Positions 18,987 through 27,935 of a DNA stretch of 64,000 nt are shown here, one piece after another (the stretch's first letter is position 1; the number at the start of each line of letters is the position of its first letter). The notes beneath the pieces are model-generated. The model was given only the letters and a program-made list of their open reading frames with translations. It was not told where the DNA came from and did not search any database. A program made the position numbers and the translations under genes. Origin of the DNA: an uncultured Acidobacteriota bacterium (GTDB lineage Bacteria > Acidobacteriota > Thermoanaerobaculia > Multivoradales > UBA5704); contig CAVXIV010000018.1 in NCBI GenBank assembly GCA_963761805.1, positions 145,058-209,057 on the forward strand, given 5' to 3'.

Positions 18987-21900
18987 TCAGACCTCGAGGC
19001 GGCGACGGGCGAGCAACTCGTAGATGATCAGAGGATCGACCGGCTTGGTGAGGTGATGGTCGAATCCGGCCTCGCGCGAGAGACGCTGGTCCTCCTCCTG
19101 CCCATAACCCGTCAAGGCCACGAGCAGCGCTTTCGCGGTCCGCCGCCGCCGGCGCAGCCGGCCGGCGACCTGGTAGCCGTCCAGCCCGGGCAAGCCGATG
19201 TCGAGCAGGACGACCTCGGGATGGAACGAGCCGGCCTTTTTCAGCGCCGCCAGCCCATCGTGGGCCGTCTCGACGTCGTGTCCCCGCAAGCGCAGGAGGA
19301 GGGCCAGGCTCTCGGCCGTATCCACGTTGTCGTCCACCACCAGGATGCGGCGCGGCAGCGCCGCGACCCGCGATGGTGCTGCCCGCGGCCTCGCCGTAGC
19401 GCTCCGGCGCCGTGTCCGCGGAGGTTTGGACGGGCAGACGCACCACGAGCTCGCTGCCCTGTCCCAGTCCTTCGCTGCCGGCTTCGACGCTGCCGCCGTG
19501 CAGCTCGACGAGGCGGCGCACCAGCGTCAGGCCGATTCCCAATCCCCCTCCCTTGCGGTCGTACGAGCGGTCCGCCTGCATGAACAGGTCGAAGATGCGC
19601 GGCAGCGTTTCCGGCGCCATGCCGCTGCCGTCGTCGCGGACCCGCACCACGACTTCGCCGGGAGCCTCGCCCTGTCCCAGCTCCGCCGTCACCCAGAGAT
19701 GGCCGCCGTAGGGAGTGAACTTGGAAGCGTTGTTCAGCAGGTTGCCGAAGATCTGATCCAGACGGGTGGGGTCGGCGTCGACGTAGACCGGCTCGCGCGG
19801 CAGCGTCAGCGCCAGCTCCTGGCCGCGCCGCCGCCATGAGGGGCTGGGTCTGCTCGACCACCCGCCTGAGCAAAGTCCGCCAGCTCGACCCGCTCCCTGC
19901 GCAGGCGGACCTCGCCCCGGGTGATGCGGGAGACGTCGAGCAGGTCTTCGATCAACCGCGACATGTTTTGAATCTGCCGGTTCATCATGTTCCGCGCCTG
20001 CTCGACCGCGGCGGCGTCGGCGCCGGCGGCCTCCAGCACGTGCGCGGCGTTGCGCAGGGGAGCCAGGGGATTGCGCAGCTCATGGGCCAGCAGGGCCAGG
20101 AACTCGTTCTTGCTGCGGTCCGCGGCGGCCAGTTCCTCGACGCGCTGGAGCAGAGCCGTTTCCAGCTCCTTGCGCGTGGTGATGTCTTCGATGGCGAGCA
20201 GGGTCAACGACCTCTGGCCGCTCTCCTGAAAGAACCGCCGGGCATTGAGGAGCATGGTCTTGCGGCCGATGCGCGGGAACTCCCGCTCCACCTCGTAGCC
20301 TTCCACGCCGCTGTCCTGAGGCCTCATCTCCTCCAGGAGCCGGCGCAGCTCGGGGATGTTCCATTGACCGTCTCCGAGCTCGTAGAAGAACCGGTGCTCC
20401 GTGGTCTCGGGCGTCTCCTCGAAGGTCTGATAGAACGACCGGCTCGCCGTCTGCACGCAGAGGTCCGCGTCCAGCACGAGGAGGGATTCGCGCACCGTCG
20501 CCACGATGCTTTCGGCATATTCGCGGGCGCGCCGCAGCATGTCGATGTCGACGAGCATGATCACCGCGCCGTCGATCTTGTTCTCCAGGGTCTTGTAGGG
20601 CTGGATGCGCAGCGAGTACCACAGCCCCTGGCGGTCCTGGACCTCGCATTCCCTGGCGCTGACCGTGTCGATCACCTCCGCCAGCAGCGGCTCCAGGTCG
20701 GGGACGCTCGAGGTTGAGCTTGATGTCGCTGATCGGCCGGCCGATGTCGGTGGGGATCAGGTTGAACAGCTTCTCCGCCATCGGCGTGAAGCGCCGGACG
20801 CGCAGGTTCTGCCCGAGGATGACGATCGCCATCTGGACGCTGCCGAGCAGGTTGACCAGGTCGTTGTTGAGCCGGTTCAGCTCGGCGTTGCGGTTCTGCA
20901 GCTCGTCGTTGACCGTGGCCAGCTCTTCGTTGCTCGACTGGATCTCCTCCTTGGAGGTCTCCAGCTCTTCGTTGATGCTCTGCAGCTCCTCGTTGGCCGA
21001 CTGCACCTCCTCGTTGGCGGACTGCAGCTCCTCGTTGGCGGCCTCCTGCTGCTCGATCACCGACTGGAGGTATTCGCGGGTGGCGGCCAGCTCCTGCGCC
21101 AGGCGGGCGTTCTCTCCTTCGGCGAGCCTCGTTCCCGCCGCGGCGGCCCTGGCGCTTCTTCCCTCGCGGGAGTCGGCGGCGCCGCGGCGGAGCGCGGCTC
21201 TTCGAACAGGACCAGGAAGCCGCCTTCCGCCCGCCGAGCTTCCCTTGACGGGAACCACTTCCAGATGGACTTCCCGGGTGCCGCCGTCGGACTGGACCCG
21301 CAGTCCCTCCTCGCGGACCGGGGCCTCCTCCTTGCCGGGCCTTGCCGAGCGCGGCCCGCAGCGCGACCGCCAGCCCCTCCCGCACCATCTTGAGCAGGTT
21401 CAGGCTGGCCTTGCCCGGCGCCGGCGCCAGGTACGGCCCGGTGTCCCCGCGGAACTGCAGGATCTCCAGATCGGCGTTGACCAGCACGCCGGGCGGGGCG
21501 TACCTCGCCAGGAGGATGCGGTCGGCCTCTTTCTGCACGTCGGTCGCCGGCACGGCCGCGAGCGGACCGGGATCGTGCCGGGCTCCTCCCGGTCCCGGTG
21601 GAAATTGGCGGCCTGGCCGAAGGCCGACCGGCGGGCGGCGGGCTTCTTGGCGTAGATCTTGTGCCTGGCGTCCGTCGCCTCGAACAGGTCGCGGTAGGAG
21701 CCGATCGTCTCCGAGCTGCCCAGCAGAGGAAGCCCGCCGGCTTCAGGGCGTAGTGCAGGAGCGGCACGACCTTCTGCTGCAGCGCCGGCTCCAGGTAGAT
21801 GAGCAGGTTGCGGCAGCTGATCAGGTCCATCTGGGAGAAGGGCGGGTCGGTCAGCACGTTGTGCCGGGCGAACACGCACATGTCGCGGATCGACTTGCTG

Positions 21901-23152
21901 ATGCGGTAGCTGCCGTCCACCTCGGCGAAGAAGCGCCGCAGGCGCTCCGGCGAGACGTCCTGCGCGATGCTCTGCGGGTAGACGCCCGCGCGGGCCTTCT
22001 CGATGCCCGCTCCGTTCAGGTCGGTGGCGAAGACTGGACCGGCAGCCGGCTGCCCGTGGCCTCGGCGAGCTCGGCGAAGGCGATCGCGAGGGAGTAGGCC
22101 TCCTCGCCGGTCGAGCAGCCCAGCACCCAGATGCGCACCGGCTCGTTGCGCGGAGCGGTCCTTGAACAGCTGGGGAAGCACCTTGGCCTTGAGCGCCTCG
22201 AACGCCTCCGGGTCGCGGAAGAACCTCGTGACGTTGATCAGGATGTCCTGGTAGAGCGCTTCCACTTCCCGGGGTGGTGCGCGCAGGAAGCGCACGTACT
22301 CCCGCAGCTCCTCCATCTTGTGCAGGACCATGCGGCGGGTGATGCGGCGGTAGAGGCTGTTCGCCTTGTAGTGGGTGAAGTCGACGCCCGTGGCCGTGCG
22401 CAGAGTCTCCAGGATCTTGCCGAGGTCCTCCGGCTCGCCCGCGGGCGCCTTGCGCCTGGCCGGCGGCGCCTGGGCCACGTAAGGGTGCCGGGCGATGCGC
22501 GCGAGCTCCCGGGCGATCTCCGTCCGGGGGGAGCACGAAGTCCACGCAGCCGCTGGCGACGGCGCTGCGCGGCATGCTGGTCTGCTGGGCCGTGTCGTCC
22601 TGGGCGAAGGTGATCCCGCCCTCGGCCTTGATCTCCTCCAGCCCGAGGGTGCCGTCGGTGGCCGTGCCGGACAGGATCACGCCGATCGCCCTGTCGCCCT
22701 GGTCCTCCGCCAGCGAGCGGAGGAAGAGATCGATCGGCCGGTGCTGTCCGCGGGCCTGCTCCCGGGGCAGCAGTTGCAGGACCCCTCCCGAGATGATCAT
22801 GTTGCGGTCGGGCGGGATGACGTAGACGTGGTTCGGCTCGACCCGCGGCTCGTCCTGGACCTCGGTGACCGGCATCGTCGGTGGTCCGGGACAGGATCTC
22901 CGCCAGCAGGCTGGCGTGCGTGGGGGCGAGGTGCTGCACCAGCACGAAGGCCATGCCGGTATCGGCCGGCAGCGCGCGGAGCAGCTGCGTGAAGGCCTCG
23001 AGCCCGCCGGCCGAGGCGCCGATGCCGACGATGGGGAAGGAGGGTGTCACAATCGGACCAACTGCCTTACCTGGAGTTTCCGCCGCGGGGGGAGGAGGAC
23101 GCGGGGTCTCGGCAGGCCGAGAGGCGGCCGGTCCCCTTCGTGGGTTGGGCAT
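18987..23152 (-). pseudogene. multidomain CheB methylesterase - CheR methyltransferase - coiled coil - PAS - HisKA/HATPase - receiver protein, at least about 10 frameshifts
   Basis: Collinear pieces spread over all three minus frames: FPIVGIGASAGGLEAF; ILSGTATDGTLGLEEIK; FFRDPEAFEAL; VWVLGCSTGEEAYS (read by me); NLLIYLEP; the ANEELQS.NEEL coiled coil; PAS; HELRNPL; DDGSGM...GGLGIGL; ILVVDDNVDTAESL...TKPVD. Confidence 0.8.
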
Positions 23153-23329
23153 CTATGGGAAGGATATATCAAATCGGCTAAAATAGATAGGCTGGCGCAG
23201 ACCCCCTTGAAGCTCCCGCCGCAGATCCGCTGGACATAGGCGCGGCATTCCAGGCGATCCGGCCCGAGGACGCGAAGAACCGCCGGGTGGAAGTCGTGAT
23301 GGGATTTGTGCAGGTGAGGTCGCGGAAGA

Positions 23330-24046
23330 TTACCGCGCGAGGTCTCTCAGCAGGACGCCGACGAGATAGGCCAGGCCCGCCGCGGCCGAGCCGACCAGGA
23401 GCGTCTCCAGCCCCGACCGCCACCAACTTATCGTCGACCACCGGCTTCTGACGGACCCGATGGCGAAGAAGACCGCGCCGGTGAGGAGGGTGGAGAACCG
23501 GAAGGCGTCCGCCATGCCGAAAAGGAAGGGGATCAAGGGCGCCAGCCCGCAGAGCAGAAAGGCGCTGAATGTGCTCGCGGCGGCCAGCCAGGCGGAGCGC
23601 ACCTCGCGCGGCAGGCCGTACTCTTCCGTCAGCATGGTCTGCACCCACCGCTTGCGGTCGGCGGTGATCAGCGCGACGATGCGCTCCAGCTCTTCGCCTG
23701 CGAAACCTTTTTCTCTGTAGATCTGCCGCACCTCTTCCCGCTCGCCTTCCGGGACCATCTCGATATGGCGGTTCTCGACAGCCTCCAGGTGCTGAAGGTC
23801 TTCCCGCTCCGCCCGGGTGCCCATGTAGTTGCTGGCCGCCATGGAGAACCCGTCCGCGATCAGGTTGGCGAATCCCAGCACCAGGATCACCGCCGGCGAA
23901 AGCTCGGCGCCGACGACGCCGGAGACGATGGCGAAGGTCGTCACCGAGCCGTCGATGCCGCCGTAGATCCAATCGCGTACGTAGTTGTGGCGCGGTCCGG
24001 CGGCGAGCCGTTTCCTGATCGATTCCGCCGAGTGCTCGTGCTCCAT
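23330..24046 (-). CDS. VIT1/CCC1-family iron/manganese transporter
   Basis: MEHEHSAESIRKRL...DWIYGGIDGSVTTFAIVSG, plus C-terminal TM helices. This is the last 238 codons of track ORF 23330-25618. Confidence 0.8.
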   Translation of the reverse strand: MEHEHSAESIRKRLAAGPRHNYVRDWIYGGIDGSVTTFAIVSGVVGAELSPAVILVLGFANLIADGFSMAASNYMGTRAEREDLQHLEAVENRHIEMVPEGEREEVRQIYREKGFAGEELERIVALITADRKRWVQTMLTEEYGLPREVRSAWLAAASTFSAFLLCGLAPLIPFLFGMADAFRFSTLLTGAVFFAIGSVRSRWSTISWWRSGLETLLVGSAAAGLAYLVGVLLRDLAR

Positions 24047-24048
24047 CC

Positions 24049-25371
24049 TCACCCCGGGAAGACGTAGTACCGCTGGCGGGCCGCGGCGAGGATCCCGGCC
24101 CGGAAGTCGGGATGGGCGATGCCGATCAGCGCCTCGGCGCGCTGGCGGATGTTCTTGCCCCAGAGGTCGGCGATGCCGTACTCGGTGACGACGTAGTGGA
24201 TGTCGCCCCGGCTCGTCACCACGCCCGTCCCCTCTTCGAAAGTCGCCTGGATACGGCTGACCGTTCCCCCCTTGGCCGTGGCCGGCAGGGCGATGATCGG
24301 CCGGCCGCCAAGGCTGCGCGCCGCGCCGCGGATGAAGTCGACCTGACCGCCGATGCCGGAGAAGAACCGGCCCCGCACCGTGTCCGCGGCCACCTGGCCC
24401 GTGAGGTCGACCGCCAGCGCCGAGTTGATCGCCGCCATCTGGTCGTTGCGGGCGATTTGAAAGGGGTCGTTGGTGAAGCCGCTCGGCCGCATCTCGATCT
24501 GCGGGTTGTCGTGCACCCAACGATAGAGCCGGCGCGTGCCCATCACGAAGGAGGTGACGATCTTGCCGGGCAGGAAGCTCTTGCGCCGGCCGGTGATGAC
24601 GCCCGCCTCGGCGAGGTGCATCACGCCGTCGGAGAGCATCTCGGTGTGGACTCCCAGGTCGCGCCGGTCGGTCAGGGCGGCGAGGGTGGCGTCGGGGATC
24701 CTGCCGATCCCCATCTGGAGAGTGGCGCCGTCCGGGATCAGCGACGCCACGTTGCGGCCGATCTCGCGGCAGACGTCGTCGAGCGGCTCCGGAGTGAGCT
24801 CCGGCAGGGGCGCGTCCACCGGCACGAGCTGCGCGATGCGGTCCACGTGGAGGAAGGAGTCGCCGAGGGTGCGCGGCATGTTGGGGTTGACCTCGGCGAG
24901 GACGAGGTCGGCGGTGTCGACGGCGGCGCGCACGATGTCGACCGACACGCCGAGGCTGACGAAGCCGAGCCGGTCGGGCGGGCTGACCTGGATCAGCGCG
25001 ACGTCGATGTGCACGCGGCCCGAGGCGATGAGCTGCGAGATCTCCGAGAGGAAGACCGGCATGAAGTCGGCCCGCCCCTCCTGCACCGCCGCGCGGACGT
25101 TGGCGCCGATGAAGAAGGCGGTGTGGCGAAAGCGCCCCTCGAGCCCCGGCTGGACGTAGGGGGCCGAGCCCAGGGTCATCAGGTGGACGACCTCGTTGCC
25201 CTCGAGGTGCGTGCCGTGGGCGACCATGGCCTCGACGAGGCTCACCGGCTCCGCGGCGCCCGAGCCGATGAGGATGCGCTTCCTGGGCGGGATCAGCCGC
25301 ACCGCCTGCTCGGCGCTGGCGATCTTGGCGGCGTAGCGGACCTGCCAGTCCGGCTGCGGATCGAGGTTCAT
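24049..25371 (-). CDS. acetyl-CoA hydrolase/transferase family protein (4-hydroxybutyrate CoA-transferase-like)
   Basis: Intact 440-aa ORF. N-terminal ...KIASAEQAVRLIPPRKRILIGSGAAEP and C-terminal GIADLWGK...AHPDFR are typical of the family. Confidence 0.8.
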   Translation of the reverse strand: MNLDPQPDWQVRYAAKIASAEQAVRLIPPRKRILIGSGAAEPVSLVEAMVAHGTHLEGNEVVHLMTLGSAPYVQPGLEGRFRHTAFFIGANVRAAVQEGRADFMPVFLSEISQLIASGRVHIDVALIQVSPPDRLGFVSLGVSVDIVRAAVDTADLVLAEVNPNMPRTLGDSFLHVDRIAQLVPVDAPLPELTPEPLDDVCREIGRNVASLIPDGATLQMGIGRIPDATLAALTDRRDLGVHTEMLSDGVMHLAEAGVITGRRKSFLPGKIVTSFVMGTRRLYRWVHDNPQIEMRPSGFTNDPFQIARNDQMAAINSALAVDLTGQVAADTVRGRFFSGIGGQVDFIRGAARSLGGRPIIALPATAKGGTVSRIQATFEEGTGVVTSRGDIHYVVTEYGIADLWGKNIRQRAEALIGIAHPDFRAGILAAARQRYYVFPG

Positions 25372-25553
25372 ACGTGCGCGGCCCGCAGACGGTCGGGAGG
25401 CCGCCGCGTTCGGGTGAGCGAAGGGCAGACGGCGAGGGTCTGCAAGGGTTTCGACATGATCGTTTCTCCTCTGTCCACCATTCTCTCACGGCAGGCGGCT
25501 TCCCGGGCGGTGTCCCCGTGCTGGCGGACACCGAAGCGTTCTGAGGGGACGGG

Positions 25554-25781
25554 TTAACAGAGAATTTCGGCGTCGCCGGCGCAGACGCCGCTGAAGGTGC
25601 CGCAGCTCCACCGGGCATAGGCGCAGCATTGCGACGCCGACAGGGTCCACGGGCAACTGATGATGACCTCGTTGGCGCCGCAGGCGCCTTCGCAGGACGC
25701 GGACGCGGCCGGCGCGGGGGCGGTGGCGGCGATCACCATCAGGACGGCGACGAGAAGAAGGGCGGCTTTCCTGATCTTCAT
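25554..25781 (-). CDS. small secreted cysteine-rich peptide (75 aa precursor, 8 Cys in the mature part)
   Basis: AAGGAGA lies before the ATG. Signal peptide MKIRKAALLLVAVLMVIAATAPAPAASA; mature part SCEGACGANEVIISCPWTLSASQCCAYARWSCGTFSGVCAGDAEILC. Confidence 0.6.
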   Translation of the reverse strand: MKIRKAALLLVAVLMVIAATAPAPAASASCEGACGANEVIISCPWTLSASQCCAYARWSCGTFSGVCAGDAEILC

Positions 25782-25949
25782 GGCATTCTCCTTTTGAGAG
25801 CGAAGCGTCTAAAAGGAACGGGTGCGCGGCCGGCGGGCGATGGAGACAAGGGGAGAATTCTGAAACCTGGGGAGGACCCGTCAGGCTCCACGCGCGGACC
25901 TATAATCCCTGGGCCGGCCGACTCCTTGCCGGCAAGGAGCCGGCCGTCG

Positions 25950-26216
25950 ATCAACGCGGTGGCGGAGACCTACGACCTGGCGGTGACGATGCCGTCGGAG
26001 AAGGATTTCGAGAGCGAGGAGACCGGGGCGCTGCTGCGCAAGTATCTCAAGGGGCGGGCGGACATCCCGGCGGAGACGCGGATGCGGATCCTGCGGCTGA
26101 TCGAAAACATGACGCTCGGCCGCAACGCCGTCGGTTATCTCACCGAGTCGATGCACGGCGCCGGCTCGCCGCAGGCGCAGCGCATCCAGATCGGCCGGCA
26201 GATGGAGCTGGAATAA
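25950..26216 (+). pseudogene. C-terminal remnant of a 4-hydroxybutyryl-CoA dehydratase / HpaB-family gene
   Basis: Only the last about 90 codons are recognisable (LRKYLKG...RILRLIENMTLG...GYLTESMHGAGSPQAQRIQI). No N-terminal 400 aa upstream. In-frame KKLARRLAGVDEIEG follows the TAA. Confidence 0.55.
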
Positions 26217-26345
26217 AAAAAGCTCGCCCGCCGGCTCGCCGGCGTCGATGAGATCGAGGGAAAGAGGCGGAGCCTGAGGCGGGCGGGTATTTCGAGCGCG
26301 TGTTCGAGCCGGAAGGGTCCTGAGAGGGTGTTGGAAAGCCGCAGC

Positions 26346-26487
26346 CCCCACTGTAGAGACGCCCCGTGGGGCGTCTCCGAGGCGGCGCCTGCGTAACGAG
26401 AAACCTCACCCTGCCGCGGGGCGCTATACCTGTTCGTCGCCTCCACCCCGATCCGGAGACGCCCCACGGGGCGTCTCTCAGTGGGGT
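26346..26487. repeat. pair of inverted 32-bp hairpin units (CCCCACTGTAGAGACGCCCCGTGGGGCGTCTC and its near-exact reverse complement) 78 bp apart; MITE/REP-like
   Basis: Read directly: 26346-26377 versus 26456-26487. Each unit also contains the self-complementary GAGACGCCCC-N4-GGGGCGTCTC. Confidence 0.6.
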
Positions 26488-26594
26488 ACCCGACGGCCAG
26501 CCGACTTTCCAAAACTAGAAACGCTGCCGGCCCGGGAACCAAGGGGGGCTTGGTTGAAGGTCCCGGACCGGCCCAGAAAAGTGCTGCGGGAGCG

Positions 26595-27097
26595 CTAGAA
26601 GCCGGGGCCGCCGTGCGGGAAGAAGCCCGGGAATGCGTGGGGCGCTCGGGGTCGCCGTGACGCTCGTGGAACTGCTCCAGCTTCTCCTTCTGCTCGTCGG
26701 TCAGCAGAGCGGTGAAGCGGGTCTTGAAATCCTCGTGCAGCGCCTTGAGCTGGGTGCGCGTCTGGTGGGCCGCGATGACCTGGTTGCCGACCGTGGCGGG
26801 GTCGGGATTGGCGCCGTCCAGCATCGTCTGGAGCGCCTCGTGCCGCTCGCGCACCTGCTCCATCAGGGGCTCCGCCTTGGCCCGCAGCTCCTCGTGGAGC
26901 TGCTTCGCGGCGGCCTTCTGGTCCTCGGTGAGGCCGAGGGCGGCGAAGTGGGCCTCCATCATCTCGCCGTGCATCTCGCCGTGCCCGCCGCGCATCTTCA
27001 TCTTGCCGTGGGGGCCGCCGCCCGGATGGGCCGCCATCGCCACGGCGGCGAGGGCGAGGACGAGGACCGCGCTGATACCGATCAAAATCTTCTTCAT
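26595..27097 (-). CDS. Spy/CpxP-family periplasmic chaperone-like protein (LTxxQ motifs); the C-terminus probably needs a frame correction near 26640
   Basis: Signal peptide MKKILIGISAVLVLALAAVAMA. LTEDQKAAAKQLHEEL and LTDEQKEKLEQFHERH. The track ORF runs on to 26135 through repeat DNA; an alternative frame ends ...APHAFPGFFPHGGPGF at TAG 26595-26597. Confidence 0.6.
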
Positions 27098-27218
27098 GGT
27101 GGTTTCTCCTTTGGAGCGCCGCAGAATGGCACGGAGCTCATCACTGGAAAGAGTCTAGCTCCCCACGGGGCCGGGGTCCTCAGGGATTCGCAAGATGTTT
27201 GTAAAGAATGTAAAGCCG

Positions 27219-27935
27219 TCAGCCGCCGAAGCGGTAGCCGCGCCCATGGACCGTCAGGATGTGCTCGGGCCGCGACGGGTTCCGCTCCAGCCTTTGCCGC
27301 AGCGAGGCCACGTGGACGTCCACCGTGCGCGTGGTGGGCATGGCGTCGTAGCCCCAGACCTTGTCGAGCAGCTCGTCGCGGGTCAGCAGCGCTCCCCGGT
27401 TCTGGATGAAGAAGGCGAGCAGCTTGAACTCCAGGGCCGAGAGCGTCACCGGCGCGCCGTCGCGGAAGACCTCGCCGCTGCGGAAGTCCACCCGCACGTC
27501 GCCGAAGGCGTAGGTGCCGGCCGGGGAGGAGAGGGGAGAGCGGGCGCGCCGGAAGATGGCCTCCATGCGCGCCAGCAGCTCGATCATCTCGAACGGCTTG
27601 GTCACGTAGTCGTCGGCCCCCAGCTTCAGGCCCACGACGCGGTCGACCACCTGGCCGCGCGCCGTCAGCATGACGATGGGGATCTGGAGGCCGCGCTGCC
27701 GCAGCTCGCGGCAGACCTCGAAGCCGTCGCGGCCGGGGAGCATGACGTCGAGGAGGACCATGTCGAACGAGCCGGTGACGGCGCGGTCCACGGCGGTGTC
27801 GCCGTCGCCCACCGCCTCCACCTCGTAGCCCTCGCTGATCAGCCGGTCGGTGAGGGTGAGGACGAGGCTGGGCTCGTCCTCGACGAGCAGGATCCGCCGC
27901 GCCGGGGCGGAGGTCTCGGGTCCGGGCGCGCTCAT
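27219..27935 (-). CDS. OmpR-family response regulator
   Basis: RILLVEDEPSL...DMVLLDVMLPGRDG...DDYVTKPF receiver, plus LTRDELLDKVWGY...VDVHVASLRQRL...TVHGRGYRF winged helix. Last 238 codons of track ORF 27219-29531. Confidence 0.9.
   Translation of the reverse strand: MSAPGPETSAPARRILLVEDEPSLVLTLTDRLISEGYEVEAVGDGDTAVDRAVTGSFDMVLLDVMLPGRDGFEVCRELRQRGLQIPIVMLTARGQVVDRVVGLKLGADDYVTKPFEMIELLARMEAIFRRARSPLSSPAGTYAFGDVRVDFRSGEVFRDGAPVTLSALEFKLLAFFIQNRGALLTRDELLDKVWGYDAMPTTRTVDVHVASLRQRLERNPSRPEHILTVHGRGYRFGG

Noticed and set aside
25368-25458. 29-codon upstream ORF (MSKPLQTLAVCPSLTRTRRPPDRLRAAHV) overlapping the CoA-transferase start, with a GAGGAGA SD
   Set aside because: Apart from the SD and the ATGA-type overlap there is no supporting feature. 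It could be a leader peptide, but it cannot be distinguished from chance in GC-rich DNA.
23330-25618. 762-aa track ORF as one protein
   Set aside because: Only the last 238 codons (VIT1 transporter, from MEHEHSAES) are meaningful. The upstream part is the shadow of the CoA-transferase gene, which is read in another frame (24049-25371).
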